Positions 27,473 through 38,115 of a stretch of 64,000 nt of DNA are shown here, one piece after another. The position numbers and the translations under genes were made by a program. Positions within the stretch are counted from its first letter, which is position 1; each line of letters starts with the position of its first letter. This stretch comes from an uncultured SAR86 cluster bacterium (GTDB taxonomy: Bacteria > Pseudomonadota > Gammaproteobacteria > Magnimaribacterales > D2472), in NCBI GenBank assembly GCA_902557965.1, contig CACECK010000003.1, positions 13,326 to 77,325 on the forward strand. The letters are read 5' to 3'. The notes under the pieces were generated by a model. That model was not told where the DNA came from. It saw only the letters and a program-made list of their open reading frames with translations, and made no database searches.

Positions 27473-29056
27473 ATGTCCTATGAAGTTTTAGCAAGAAAAT
27501 ATAGACCATCCAACTTTGAAGAAGTTATCGGACAAGACCATGTTGTCAAAGCATTAGTTAATAGTATTAATTCTGAAAAAATTCATCAAGCATTCATATT
27601 TTCAGGTACTCGAGGTGTAGGCAAGACAACAATTGCTAGAATTTTAGCAAAATGTTTGAATTGTGAAAGTGAGTCAAAACCAACAGCACAACCTTGCAAT
27701 AAATGCTCTAATACTCTAGAAATTAGTGCAGGAAGAAGCGTGGATTTTCTAGAGATTGATGCCGCTTCAAATACTCAGGTTGAAAAAATGCGAGACCTCA
27801 TTGAAACAGTTGAATATAAGCCAGCGAAAGGAAGATTCAAAGTTTATTTAATTGATGAAGTTCACATGCTATCAACTGCAAGTTTTAATGCATTGCTGAA
27901 AACTCTTGAAGAGCCGCCACCCCATGTTGTCTTTATTTTTGCAACCACCAACCCAGAAAAGATTCCAAAAACAGTCCAGTCTAGATGTTTGCAACTAAAC
28001 TTGAAAACAGTAAATGAAAATCTGTTATTTGAACATTTAAAAAAAATATTAGATAAAGAAAAGATAGATTCAGATGATACGAGTATTTCTTTGATTGTTA
28101 ATTCAGCACAAGGCTCTGTAAGAGATGCTTTAACTCTTTTAGATCAGGCCATTGCATATGGTGATGGTGTTTTAAGCGAAGTTGATGTTAAAAAGCTCTT
28201 AGGAACAATAGATAACTCTTTACTAATGTCGATGATAGATAGTGTTATTGATGGAAACGGCCAAAAAGTTTTTGATTTACTAACTCAAATCGAAGAACTT
28301 TCACCATCTTATGACGTAATTTTAAAAGACATGATTTCTATTTTACATAGAGTGTCTCTCCAACAAGTTTTATCTAATTCAGCTACCCCTGAAATAGATA
28401 ACTTGGCAAACAAAGTTGATAAAGAATTCTGTCAATTGTTATACGAAATCGCAATGAATGCATACTCAAAGTTCAATATCCATCCTGATCCAAAAGAGGC
28501 TCTGGAAATATGTTTGCTAAGAATGCTAACTTTTAATCCACTACAAAAACTTAGCGAATCTAAGGTGCCAAGCTCAGACGAAAAAAAAAATTTAAAAATT
28601 AATAATCTAGATTCAAATGAAAAATCAAAGAAAGTAAAATCAATAGAGCCTGAACCAAAAATAAATAATAGTGAGATAAAGAATGATAAGGATTGGTTAA
28701 TTTTCTTTGATACTCTAGAAATAAGTCCTTTTGCCAGAAATTATTATGGAAATATGTCATTTATATCTCATACAAATAATAAGTTATCACTAATGATTAA
28801 TGATTCAATTGGCGAAGTACCAGAAAATATAGAATCAGAATTTCTTTCTACTTTAAGACAACTATTGGATAAAAATATTAAAATCCATTACGAAAAAGGG
28901 ACAATAACCAACTCACCAATTGAAACGAAAGAAAAAAAAGAAAAAAAAGATTTGGATGAAGCGCATACAAAAATTAAAAACAATAAATCTATCCAAAACT
29001 TTGTAAAAAAATTTAAAGGCGCAATAAAAGAAGATACTATTAAACCATTGAAATGA
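27473..29056 (+). CDS. dnaX: DNA polymerase III subunit gamma/tau
   Basis: LARKYRP, GTRGVGKTT, IDEVHML, ALLKTLEEPP, SRC, GSVRDA, LEICLLRML. Confidence 0.97.
   Translation: MSYEVLARKYRPSNFEEVIGQDHVVKALVNSINSEKIHQAFIFSGTRGVGKTTIARILAKCLNCESESKPTAQPCNKCSNTLEISAGRSVDFLEIDAASNTQVEKMRDLIETVEYKPAKGRFKVYLIDEVHMLSTASFNALLKTLEEPPPHVVFIFATTNPEKIPKTVQSRCLQLNLKTVNENLLFEHLKKILDKEKIDSDDTSISLIVNSAQGSVRDALTLLDQAIAYGDGVLSEVDVKKLLGTIDNSLLMSMIDSVIDGNGQKVFDLLTQIEELSPSYDVILKDMISILHRVSLQQVLSNSATPEIDNLANKVDKEFCQLLYEIAMNAYSKFNIHPDPKEALEICLLRMLTFNPLQKLSESKVPSSDEKKNLKINNLDSNEKSKKVKSIEPEPKINNSEIKNDKDWLIFFDTLEISPFARNYYGNMSFISHTNNKLSLMINDSIGEVPENIESEFLSTLRQLLDKNIKIHYEKGTITNSPIETKEKKEKKDLDEAHTKIKNNKSIQNFVKKFKGAIKEDTIKPLK
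28581..28590 (+). other. A10 candidate slippage/frameshift site in dnaX
   Basis: GAC GAA AAA AAA AAT TTA; both shifted frames hit TAA within a few codons. Confidence 0.55.
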
Positions 29057-29649
29057 GTAGAGATTTAGTTTCCGAGTTAATTAATGCACTGACAATATTA
29101 CCAGGTGTTGGAAAGAAGTCAGCTCAGAGAATGGCTTTATATCTTCTTGATAGAAATAAGGATGGCGCCAGTATTTTAGCTAACGTAATGAAAGATGCCA
29201 TTGAAAGTGTTCAAAGATGCGATTCTTGTAGAATGCTTACTTCAAACAACCTTTGCAAAATATGCAGTGATGCTTCTCGTGATATTAAAAAAATATGTGT
29301 TGTAGAGAGTCCCTCTGATGTTTTGGCAATTGAGTCTACTGGTGGGTTTCGTGGCAAATATTTTGTTCTTCTTGGAAGACTTTCACCAATAGATGGGATT
29401 GGGCCAGAGGAACTAGGAATAAATGATCTACTCATGAGGATTGAAAAAGATGATGTTAATGAAATTATTCTTGCAACCAGTAGTACTGTTGAGGGAGATG
29501 CTACAGCAGTTTACATAACCGATCATGTTAAAACAGCAAAAGTATCCAGAATTTCATATGGAATTCCTATCGGAGGCGAGTTAGAGTACGTAGATGGAAC
29601 TACTATAGCTAGAGCTATTGAAGGAAGGGTAGAAATAAATGTCGATTAA
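29053..29649 (+). CDS. recR: Recombination protein RecR
   Basis: [12 protein letters not shown]4 zinc finger, [21 protein letters not shown]. Confidence 0.96.
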   Translation: MSRDLVSELINALTILPGVGKKSAQRMALYLLDRNKDGASILANVMKDAIESVQRCDSCRMLTSNNLCKICSDASRDIKKICVVESPSDVLAIESTGGFRGKYFVLLGRLSPIDGIGPEELGINDLLMRIEKDDVNEIILATSSTVEGDATAVYITDHVKTAKVSRISYGIPIGGELEYVDGTTIARAIEGRVEINVD

Positions 29650-30208
29650 GTCTGATAAGTGGATAACTGAAATGTCTGATCAATATGGAATGATACAACC
29701 ATTTTCTAAAAATCAAATAAGGCTTGATGATCAAGGAAATAAATTAATTTCTTATGGTGTTTCAAGTTATGGTTATGACGTGCGGTGCTCAAATGAATTT
29801 AAAGTTTTTACAAATATTCACTCCGCAATTGTAGATCCAAAATCTTTTGATGAAAAAAGCTTTGTAGACATAGAATCAGATGTTTGTGTGATTCCACCTA
29901 ATTCTTTTGCTTTAGCTAGAACTGTAGAATATTTTAAAATTCCTAGAAATGTTTTAACTATATGTTTAGGTAAATCTACATATGCAAGATGTGGAATTAT
30001 TGTAAATGTGACACCTCTTGAACCTGAATGGGAAGGCCATGTAACCCTTGAATTCTCAAACACTACAAATTTACCTGCAAAAATATATGCTGGCGAAGGG
30101 GTTGCACAGATGTTATTTTTTGAATCAGATGAGGAGTGTGAAACTAGCTACAAAGACCGTGGTGGTAAATACCAAGGACAAACTGGAGTTACGTTACCCA
30201 AAACTTAG
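29639..30208 (+). CDS. dcd: dCTP deaminase
   Basis: [38 protein letters not shown]. Confidence 0.97.
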   Translation: MSIKSDKWITEMSDQYGMIQPFSKNQIRLDDQGNKLISYGVSSYGYDVRCSNEFKVFTNIHSAIVDPKSFDEKSFVDIESDVCVIPPNSFALARTVEYFKIPRNVLTICLGKSTYARCGIIVNVTPLEPEWEGHVTLEFSNTTNLPAKIYAGEGVAQMLFFESDEECETSYKDRGGKYQGQTGVTLPKT

Positions 30209-30877
30209 AATTTCTTTAAGCTCTAGAGTATTTACCCATTCATCACTCACGTCTGTAATTTTAATAAACATAAAATCTAGTTCTTGCGCTAAATAATATG
30301 TTGTTTTTCTTGAACTACCAACCTTTATTCTATCTAACACAACGCACGTATACCTGGACTCATTAAACGAACATGTGGTCATATCTGATACTGAATAGTT
30401 ATACTTTTCAATGCCGCCTTCCTTCATATTTATTAAATTCAGAGAGAACTTTTCTACTCCATTTTTAATATTTTTCCTAATCATTATTTGAGCATTTAAC
30501 GGATCTACTGTAGCTTCACCAACATCAAAAGAACTTTTCCATTCGTTTCTACCAATTGATTGAACGACTGATGATTGGTAATCAAAATCAATTTTTTGAT
30601 CCCTTTTAAGAAATTTTGGCCGTATCTTTATTTCATACTTTGATGATTTAATCCCATTTTCATTGATATCAAATAGAGATATAAAATGCATTCGAGCAAC
30701 TAAATTTGATGCTTTAAACTTAAGCTCATACCCTTTTTCAATTTTAGAAAATTCACGAACACCTGTTATAGATATTTCTTCTGAATCAAATTGATATTTA
30801 GCTTTATATTCTGTTATTTCTGTTGCAAAAATATTGCATGACATTAAAAAGACAAGAAAAAAAATTTTATTCATCAT
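30194..30877 (-). CDS. DUF3108-like exported protein
   Basis: Signal peptide, YKAKY, DPLNAQ, beta-rich; usual position downstream of purN. Confidence 0.65.
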   Translation of the reverse strand: MMNKIFFLVFLMSCNIFATEITEYKAKYQFDSEEISITGVREFSKIEKGYELKFKASNLVARMHFISLFDINENGIKSSKYEIKIRPKFLKRDQKIDFDYQSSVVQSIGRNEWKSSFDVGEATVDPLNAQIMIRKNIKNGVEKFSLNLINMKEGGIEKYNYSVSDMTTCSFNESRYTCVVLDRIKVGSSRKTTYYLAQELDFMFIKITDVSDEWVNTLELKEILSFG

Positions 30878-31511
30878 AAGAATTAATAATGTGATTAGTT
30901 ATATTTTTATTTTTAAATTTTACTGAATTGTTACTAAGAAAAATATTCCCAATACATATTTCATTAATTACTTCAGGTAATAATATATGCTCTATTTTGT
31001 GGATTCTTTTTTGTAAATCTTCAGCTGTTTCATTTTTTTTTACTTTAATACTACCTTGGGCAATTATAGGTCCTGCGTCAAGCTCTGGAGAAACATAATG
31101 AATTGAAACCCCATGTTTATTATCCTTATTTTTAATGACTTTTTTATGAGTATTTAGTCCTGGATAAAGTGGTAGAAGCGACGGATGAAGATTTATCATT
31201 CTGCCAAAATATTTATCTGTAATCTTTTTTTCTAGAATTCTCATAAAGCCTGCAAGCACCACCAATTCAATTTTTTCTTCAACAAGAATTTTATCAATCT
31301 GATCATCAAATTCCGATCTATCATTAAATAAATTATGATCAACAATAATAGACTTTAAGTTAAGTTTTTTAGCCCTTTCAATACCATATGCTTGAGAATT
31401 ATTTGAAATAACACAACTTATTTCACCATCTATCTTTTTTTTATTACATGCATTAGCAATAGCTTCTAAATTTGAGCCACTGCCTGAAATAAGGACTGCT
31501 ATTTTTTTCAT
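30867..31511 (-). CDS. purN: Phosphoribosylglycinamide formyltransferase
   Basis: ISGSGSNL, LAGFMRIL, NLHPSLLP, ELDAGPII. Confidence 0.96.
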   Translation of the reverse strand: MKKIAVLISGSGSNLEAIANACNKKKIDGEISCVISNNSQAYGIERAKKLNLKSIIVDHNLFNDRSEFDDQIDKILVEEKIELVVLAGFMRILEKKITDKYFGRMINLHPSLLPLYPGLNTHKKVIKNKDNKHGVSIHYVSPELDAGPIIAQGSIKVKKNETAEDLQKRIHKIEHILLPEVINEICIGNIFLSNNSVKFKNKNITNHIINSYDE

Positions 31512-31515
31512 AAAT

Positions 31516-32547
31516 TTAAGAAAAAATTATTTCTTTATTGTCAGATCTTTCCTTAACTTCGCCAATCTTATAACACTTAAAATTCATTTGTGATATTTCA
31601 TTGCGAATAACTTCTTCATCAGCAACATCCACAATGAGTACCATGCCAATTCCACAATTAAATATTCTATACATATTATCAATCGAAATATCACCCTCTG
31701 ATTGCAGCCAATTAAATAAAGACGGAATCTCCCAACTAGTAGTGTCTATTTCAATAGAGAGATTATCAGGAATGGATCTTGGTAAATTTTCAGTCAAGCC
31801 ACCGCCAGTGATGTGCGATATGGCATTAATATTATGATTTTGAGTAATTGAGGCAATTAGCCTTGGATATAAAATTGTAGGTTTAAGAGCTTCTAATGCA
31901 ATCATATTTTTTTCTTCAAATGGTTTTTTTGATTCTGAGATGACCTTTCTTATTAGTGAAAATCCATTTGAGTGAGGACCGCTGGACTCAATACCAATTA
32001 AAACATTTCCTTTTGTTACATTCTCTTTTTTGAGAATTTGTTTCTTCTCAACACAACCAACTGAAAAACCAGCTAGATCAAAATTATCGCCTACATAGTG
32101 ACCAGGCATCTCAGCAGTTTCACCTCCAAGCAGAGCACAATCAGAATCCAAACAAGCTCCAGCTATACTTTTTATTACTTTTGCTGCTTCATTCACATTC
32201 AATTTTGAGGCGGCATAGTAATCAAGGAAAAATAACGGCCTAGCTCCACAAACAACTAGATCATTTACACACATCGCTACCAAGTCCTGACCAATACCTT
32301 CAAGTTGACCATATTCTTGTGCTAAAGACACTTTTGTACCTACACCATCAGTGCATGCGACAAGGACAGGCTCATTAAATTCGTTACCGAGTTCAATCAT
32401 TCCAGCAAATCCACCAATATTTCCAAGAACTTTATCGTTAAGTGTTGAGGAAACATCAGTTTTAATAAGTTCTACAAGTTTATTACCTGCATCTATGTCA
32501 ACACCAGCAGACTTATAAGGATCATTTTCTATAATTTCTTTTGTCAT
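31516..32547 (-). CDS. purM: AIR synthase
   Basis: YKSAGVDI, TDGVGTK, AMCVND, GGETAEMP, HSNGFS, HITGGG, FNCGIG. Confidence 0.97.
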   Translation of the reverse strand: MTKEIIENDPYKSAGVDIDAGNKLVELIKTDVSSTLNDKVLGNIGGFAGMIELGNEFNEPVLVACTDGVGTKVSLAQEYGQLEGIGQDLVAMCVNDLVVCGARPLFFLDYYAASKLNVNEAAKVIKSIAGACLDSDCALLGGETAEMPGHYVGDNFDLAGFSVGCVEKKQILKKENVTKGNVLIGIESSGPHSNGFSLIRKVISESKKPFEEKNMIALEALKPTILYPRLIASITQNHNINAISHITGGGLTENLPRSIPDNLSIEIDTTSWEIPSLFNWLQSEGDISIDNMYRIFNCGIGMVLIVDVADEEVIRNEISQMNFKCYKIGEVKERSDNKEIIFS

Positions 32548-32577
32548 TTAAAATATCAAATATGAATTTTATCTTTA

Positions 32578-33596
32578 TGAAAAATATTAAATACTGTTTA
32601 TTGTGTCTTATTATCTTTTCTAATACATCCTTTGGAAAGGACTTTACAGAACTTTTTACTATTTATGAACCAGTAGCAGATACTAAGCAAATAGAGAAAT
32701 CTATTAATAAATCATTCAATATAATGGTTTATAGACTTAGCGGTAGCTCTTCTCCATCTAATATATGGAAAATAATTAACGCTGGAAACACAAGAAAAGA
32801 TTTTATTTCAAGTTACTCCATAGAAAATAGAGATAATATTAGTTATCTTAAAGTTAATTTTGATAAAGATCTTTTAATAGAAAAATTTAAAGAACTTAAT
32901 ATACAAATTATTGGCAATTCAAGGCCTGTAGTCTTAATTATTATTAAAATGGAAACAGGTGCATCAGACCCATATTTTATATCCAACTATAGTGAGGAAC
33001 ATACGTTAGATACCTTGATTAAAAATTCATTAAAAAATTTTTCAGATCAAAGAGGGATTTTTATGGAGCTTCCTGATCTAGATTTAGTTGATAAGGTTAA
33101 TCTTCTAAATTATAAGAAATTAATAGATTCTAAAAATTTTATTTCTTCAAAATATGAGTCAGACAAAGTCATCGCAATTGATTTAACAAAAATCGGTTTA
33201 ACAAGTTGGTCTGTAAGAGGAGATATTAATTTTGAATATAATGATATTAACTTTAATAACCATTTTATATCTGCTTTCAACTCTTTAATTGATAGTGAGG
33301 TAGATTCATTATTGCAAGATAATCTAATTGATATCTCTCAAGAAAGTTTTATAGAGATTAAAGTTAAAAATGTTTTTACATTGAAAGACTATCAAAACTC
33401 TAAAAGTCTTATAGAAAGACTAGTAGGAGCAAATTATCTAAGTATAGAAAGCTTTAATGCAAATACAATTACATACAAATTAAGTATATATGGTGACTAC
33501 AAGAGCATCGAAAAACAATTATCAGATAGTAGTTTTTTTGAAATTGTAAATAGCTCTTTCAATGATGACTATTTACATTTAGCATACAAGAAATGA
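32578..33596 (+). CDS. DUF2066-like exported protein
   Basis: Signal peptide, RLSG, RP, LPDLDL.D; divergent from purM as in other gammaproteobacteria; start uncertain (32562 or 32578). Confidence 0.65.
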
Positions 33597-34144
33597 CCAA
33601 ATATTTTATTTTTATACCAAATCTGCTCTCAATAATAAGGATTGCCTTGGTCTACCCAATTCTCAACAATATATATTTAGGAAATTTTAAAATAAGTGTT
33701 ATATTTTTTTTAGTTGCATCATTAACAGATGCTCTAGATGGATTTCTTGCCAGAAAGATGCATTGGCAAACTGATCTGGGTCAAATCCTTGATCCTGTAG
33801 CTGACAAACTTTTATTATCTGGAACTATTTTTATTCTCTGGTTGAATAACTATATTCCTTTTTATATTTTTATAATATTCATTAGCAGAGATGCCGCTAT
33901 TTTAATTGGCGCAGCAATTCAAATGTCTATTATTGAATCTGATACTCCCGCGCCTAATCTTTTAGGAAAATTAACGACAAGTCTTCAAATTATTTACATT
34001 TCACTAATATTTTTAAATGAAATTTTTGGATTAAATCTAACATTTAATTTTTTAGATGTTCTGATAATCTTTGTAACATTGTTAAGTTTGTTGGTTTATG
34101 CTCTTAATTGGTACAAAGACCTCCGTAAATATCATAATGAATAG
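33593..34144 (+). CDS. CDP-alcohol phosphatidyltransferase
   Basis: PNLLSIIR, TDALDGFLAR...GQILDPVADK. Confidence 0.92.
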   Translation: MTKYFIFIPNLLSIIRIALVYPILNNIYLGNFKISVIFFLVASLTDALDGFLARKMHWQTDLGQILDPVADKLLLSGTIFILWLNNYIPFYIFIIFISRDAAILIGAAIQMSIIESDTPAPNLLGKLTTSLQIIYISLIFLNEIFGLNLTFNFLDVLIIFVTLLSLLVYALNWYKDLRKYHNE

Positions 34145-34814
34145 ACCTCAGCAGTTAACCTTCCCTTGGAGCAAACCAAATAAATCTAATTTTAATGAAT
34201 ATTATTTTGATGATGTAAATAAGGAACTCCAAAAGAAAATATTAGAACATGAAGACATAGTTTTATACGGTATAAGAAAAATTGGTAAAACTTATCTATT
34301 ACAAGCCTTATGTAATTATTATGCAGATAAAAATAAAACAAGTTTATTCATTCCACTTGCAGAAGTTTCTTCTTTTGACACATCCATTTTTGATTCAATT
34401 GAAAACATGGATATTATTTGTATTGATGATGTGGATGCAATCAAGGGAATTCATGAATGGGAAGTTGCACTGTTTAACTTAATCAATAATTCTTTAATAT
34501 CTGGATGCAGATTAGTATTTGGGTCATCGCAAAACCCAACTTCTATAAATTTTTCTTTGAGCGATCTAGATTCAAGAATAAGAAAAATCAATTCGACAGA
34601 GGTTCTTCCAATTAATAATGCAAATTTACAAGAGGCAGTAAAAAAAATATCACAATTAAGATCTATTAGATTGGGTGAGAAAGAGCTTAATTATATAATT
34701 ACTTATACTGAAAGGAGCATGGATAACCTAATTGATATTCTTAATAAGTTGGATGACCTATCAATAGAACAAAAAAGAAAAATTACTATACCTTTAATTA
34801 AAGAGATTATTTAG
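34137..34814 (+). CDS. hda: DnaA regulatory inactivator Hda
   Basis: N-terminal clamp motif QQLTF, GKTYLL, CIDDV, LFNLIN, DLDSR, KRKITIP; start ATG 34137. Confidence 0.88.
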   Translation: MNRPQQLTFPWSKPNKSNFNEYYFDDVNKELQKKILEHEDIVLYGIRKIGKTYLLQALCNYYADKNKTSLFIPLAEVSSFDTSIFDSIENMDIICIDDVDAIKGIHEWEVALFNLINNSLISGCRLVFGSSQNPTSINFSLSDLDSRIRKINSTEVLPINNANLQEAVKKISQLRSIRLGEKELNYIITYTERSMDNLIDILNKLDDLSIEQKRKITIPLIKEII

Positions 34815-36645
34815 CTTCAAAATACTCACATTCAAAACAATATGAAATTATATTAATCTCTTTTTCTTTATCGATAAACTTGTAATCATTATTCAATAAA
34901 TCTATTACTGCTTTAGTATTTTTTCCCAAGTCAAATTTAACATTTAAGTTTTCTATAAGCTCTGAAAGAAAGGCTTCAAAAGGATCTAATTCTTTATAAT
35001 ATTGGATAACTTTATAATCTTCGATGTCTGCAAGTATTGAAGCCGCATTCAATGCATCGTCTAGGTCCCCAATTTTATCTACTAGACCAAGTTGCAATGC
35101 TTTTTTACCTGACCAAATTCTGCCTTTTGCAACTGCATGTACTTCTTCGTATTTCATATTCCTATTTAAGGAAACTTTATCTACAAAATTATCATAAGTA
35201 TTGTCAACTGATGCTTGAATTGCATTTTTAACGCTTTCAGGCATTGGTGATCTTGGATCCCATTCACCAGCTTTTGTTGAGCTAGTACCATCAACCTGAA
35301 TTCCAACCCAATCATATAAATTTTCAAATGTTGGTATGGTTGCATAAACACCTATTGATCCAGTCAATGTCTCGTTTTTAGCCCATATTTCATCTGAAAG
35401 AGTTGTGACCCAAACCCCACCTGACGCTGCTATGTCACCCATTGAACTTACAATTGGTCTGTTTGTATCCTTGAATTCCTGCAATGCATTGGTGATTAAT
35501 TCACTTGCATAAACACCACCACCAGGACTATTAACTCTTAAAACAAGAGCTTTCACATCATCATCTTTTATAGCTTTTCTAATGTTTTTTACTATTGTAT
35601 CCGAGCCTGCAACTCCGAATGATGCTTCGCCAGTAGTTATGGCGCCCTCGACACTTACAACAGCTATTTTATTTTCAGATGTACTTTCTTCTTTTTTAAA
35701 AGTTGATAAATATTCATATATAGAAACAGCATCTGGAAGTTTAGTTTTGTCATTATCTTCATTTGGATACTGTTCAAAAAACCAATGACGCAGTTCCTCG
35801 ACAGTGAAAACCATATCAACAAGTCCCCAATTTAATGCAATTTGTGATGATTCAGGCTCAGTAAGTGATAATTCAAAAAATCTATCACCATATTCTTGAA
35901 TAGTACCTTCAGGAAGCTCTCTGGCAGTTTCCATGAAACCAGTCATTTTATTCCATAGCGGTAAAGCAAAATCATTCCAAGAGGTTTTATCTTCTTCTGA
36001 CATATTATTTCTAGTATATGGTTCAGGTCCTGTTTTCCATTCTCCCGAAATAAAAACGTGCTGATTAAGTTTTATATTTTCGTATAAATCTTTAACATAT
36101 TCTCTTTTTCTCGAAAAGCCAAAAGAGCCAACTGTACCGTATTTGTTGAGAATAATTTCATTTGCTTGTGAGCTTATAAGATAGGCATTATTTCCAAAGA
36201 TTTCTCCATAAGCTATTACTCTTTTACCATTATCTTTAACATTTTTTACAGCATTAGCTAAATCAAATGCAGATGCATAATACATGCTTAACTCTGATAC
36301 ATTTATGTATACTGCTTGTAATGAGTCGTCGGTAGCTGCATTTGTAAGAACTTCAATGAGATCATCTAATTCATGCTGCTTAATGTCAGTTGAACCTAAA
36401 AGAAGAGAGTCAAGAGAAGTAGACGAAGTCGAAGAACTATCTACTACAACACCCACTGGCTTAAACCATAAAATTTTGTCTTGAATGTCAATTTCCTCTT
36501 TAGTTTCGAACATCGAACCCAATATTCCAAACATTGATACTGTTAACAATATAAGCACTACAACAGTGAAAGAATTCAATAAAATCTTTCTTGTTAGTGA
36601 TAAGAATGTATCTGCCTTAGACCAAATTGATTTTGCCTTACTCAT
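34807..36645 (-). CDS. sppA: Signal peptide peptidase SppA (67K form)
   Basis: LRVNSPGG, SMGDIAASGG, TLTGSIGV, GRIWSG, LGLVD. Confidence 0.94.
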   Translation of the reverse strand: MSKAKSIWSKADTFLSLTRKILLNSFTVVVLILLTVSMFGILGSMFETKEEIDIQDKILWFKPVGVVVDSSSTSSTSLDSLLLGSTDIKQHELDDLIEVLTNAATDDSLQAVYINVSELSMYYASAFDLANAVKNVKDNGKRVIAYGEIFGNNAYLISSQANEIILNKYGTVGSFGFSRKREYVKDLYENIKLNQHVFISGEWKTGPEPYTRNNMSEEDKTSWNDFALPLWNKMTGFMETARELPEGTIQEYGDRFFELSLTEPESSQIALNWGLVDMVFTVEELRHWFFEQYPNEDNDKTKLPDAVSIYEYLSTFKKEESTSENKIAVVSVEGAITTGEASFGVAGSDTIVKNIRKAIKDDDVKALVLRVNSPGGGVYASELITNALQEFKDTNRPIVSSMGDIAASGGVWVTTLSDEIWAKNETLTGSIGVYATIPTFENLYDWVGIQVDGTSSTKAGEWDPRSPMPESVKNAIQASVDNTYDNFVDKVSLNRNMKYEEVHAVAKGRIWSGKKALQLGLVDKIGDLDDALNAASILADIEDYKVIQYYKELDPFEAFLSELIENLNVKFDLGKNTKAVIDLLNNDYKFIDKEKEINIISYCFECEYFEAK

Positions 36646-36704
36646 TAATTTTTCTCCAAACGGGTGATGATAATATGCTATTAAATAGACTAAGTAAAAT
36701 AGTT

Positions 36705-37037
36705 TTAGTTCATTCTGCTTATTATTTTTGGACCAAACATAATTTGAATAAAAAGAAGACTTACAAAGATTAGTTCTGCTACATCAAGCCAAAATGCAGA
36801 TGCTCCAAAAACTCTTATTGAAGATGATAAGAAATATATAAGCAACACAAAACAAAACCATTGGTATGATTTGATATTCAGTCTGATTATAAATATGTAA
36901 AAAGTTATTAAAGGAAATGCCCAGAGCAAGAATAAAATAATATCGATTCTTTCAAGAACAACATTAGTAATTTTTAATATAAATAGAGTGAAAAAAATAA
37001 CATTTGTAATGAGCATATATTTTTTAATGCTAAGCAT
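36705..37037 (-). CDS. DUF2069-like membrane protein
   Basis: PL...SYQWFCFVLLIYF; downstream of wrbA. Confidence 0.7.
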   Translation of the reverse strand: MLSIKKYMLITNVIFFTLFILKITNVVLERIDIILFLLWAFPLITFYIFIIRLNIKSYQWFCFVLLIYFLSSSIRVFGASAFWLDVAELIFVSLLFIQIMFGPKIISRMN

Positions 37038-37626
37038 TAATTTTATTCACTAGATTTGCTAATCTTTTACCAGATTTTTTTGCTATCTGATATTCATCAT
37101 TGGTTAGTTCATTAGATGAATTAAAACCTTCAACATGTGATGCTCCGTATGGAGTTCCGCCAGACTTTGTTTTATTAAGTTCTGAAAATGAGTAGGGAGT
37201 TCCGCATACAATCATGCCTTGGTGAAGCATGTATGTAAGAATATTAAATAATGTGATCTCTTGTCCTCCGTGCATTGATCCAGTTGATGTAAATGCAATT
37301 CCAGGTTTATCTTCCAATGAATTAGTTGCCCAAAGATCTCCAGTTGAATCCAAAAAATACTTCAAAGGAGCTGCCATTGATCCAAACCTGGTTGGAGTTC
37401 CAATCGCAATAGCACTGCAATTAATTAGATCTTCTTTTGTACAATATATTTCACCTTCTTCTGGAATTGCAGGCTCAACTTTTTCAGAATTTGCGGAAAT
37501 TTTTGGAACAGTCCTTATTTTGACATTCATTCCAGTATCTTCAGCACCATCGGCAATAGCATGGGCGATATTCTTAACCGAGCCAGAAGCTGAATAGAAT
37601 AATACTAATAAAAAATTGTTTTCCAT
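37030..37626 (-). CDS. wrbA: NAD(P)H:quinone oxidoreductase WrbA
   Basis: GTPTRFG.MAAPLKYFLD, FTSTGSMHGGQE, GGTPYGASH. Confidence 0.95.
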   Translation of the reverse strand: MENNFLLVLFYSASGSVKNIAHAIADGAEDTGMNVKIRTVPKISANSEKVEPAIPEEGEIYCTKEDLINCSAIAIGTPTRFGSMAAPLKYFLDSTGDLWATNSLEDKPGIAFTSTGSMHGGQEITLFNILTYMLHQGMIVCGTPYSFSELNKTKSGGTPYGASHVEGFNSSNELTNDEYQIAKKSGKRLANLVNKINA

Positions 37627-37662
37627 ATTTACTTTTACAGTAATGTTTATATTATGTAAGCG

Positions 37663-38115
37663 ATGAAGTATAAGATTATACAGCTTTTGTGTTTAGTAGC
37701 TCTCATAAGTTGTCAAAAAAATGACATTGAAGTTTTCAATGGCACTAATACAAGTATTGATAAACTCAATGGGAATTGGATAGTTGTAAATTACTGGGCA
37801 GACTGGTGTGCTCCTTGTATAAAAGAAATACCTGAGCTAAATGAATTTGCTGATGAAAATAACGATGTAGTTGTTTATACATTTAACTTTGATCAGCTTG
37901 AAGTAGATGATCTAAAGCCAATTGCAAAAAAATTTAATATAGAAGTACCTTCATTATTAACACATCCTAGAGATATATGGGGAATATCGACTCCGCCTGC
38001 AGTTCCTGCAACCTTTTTTATAAATCCAAATGGTGAGATATCATTATCACTTTTTAGGCCTCAGACAAAAGACGAACTAAATAGTATTTTTTTTGATTTA
38101 AAGCAGGGTTTTTAA
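37663..38115 (+). CDS. TlpA-family thiol-disulfide oxidoreductase (lipoprotein)
   Basis: Lipobox LISC, NYWADWCAPCIKEIPEL, VPAT. Confidence 0.92.
   Translation: MKYKIIQLLCLVALISCQKNDIEVFNGTNTSIDKLNGNWIVVNYWADWCAPCIKEIPELNEFADENNDVVVYTFNFDQLEVDDLKPIAKKFNIEVPSLLTHPRDIWGISTPPAVPATFFINPNGEISLSLFRPQTKDELNSIFFDLKQGF

Noticed and set aside
28931-28950. Second A-rich tract in dnaX (A8-G-A8) as a recoding site
   Set aside because: Encodes EKKEKK near the C-terminus, and truncation here would not give a gamma-like product. Useful only as a control.
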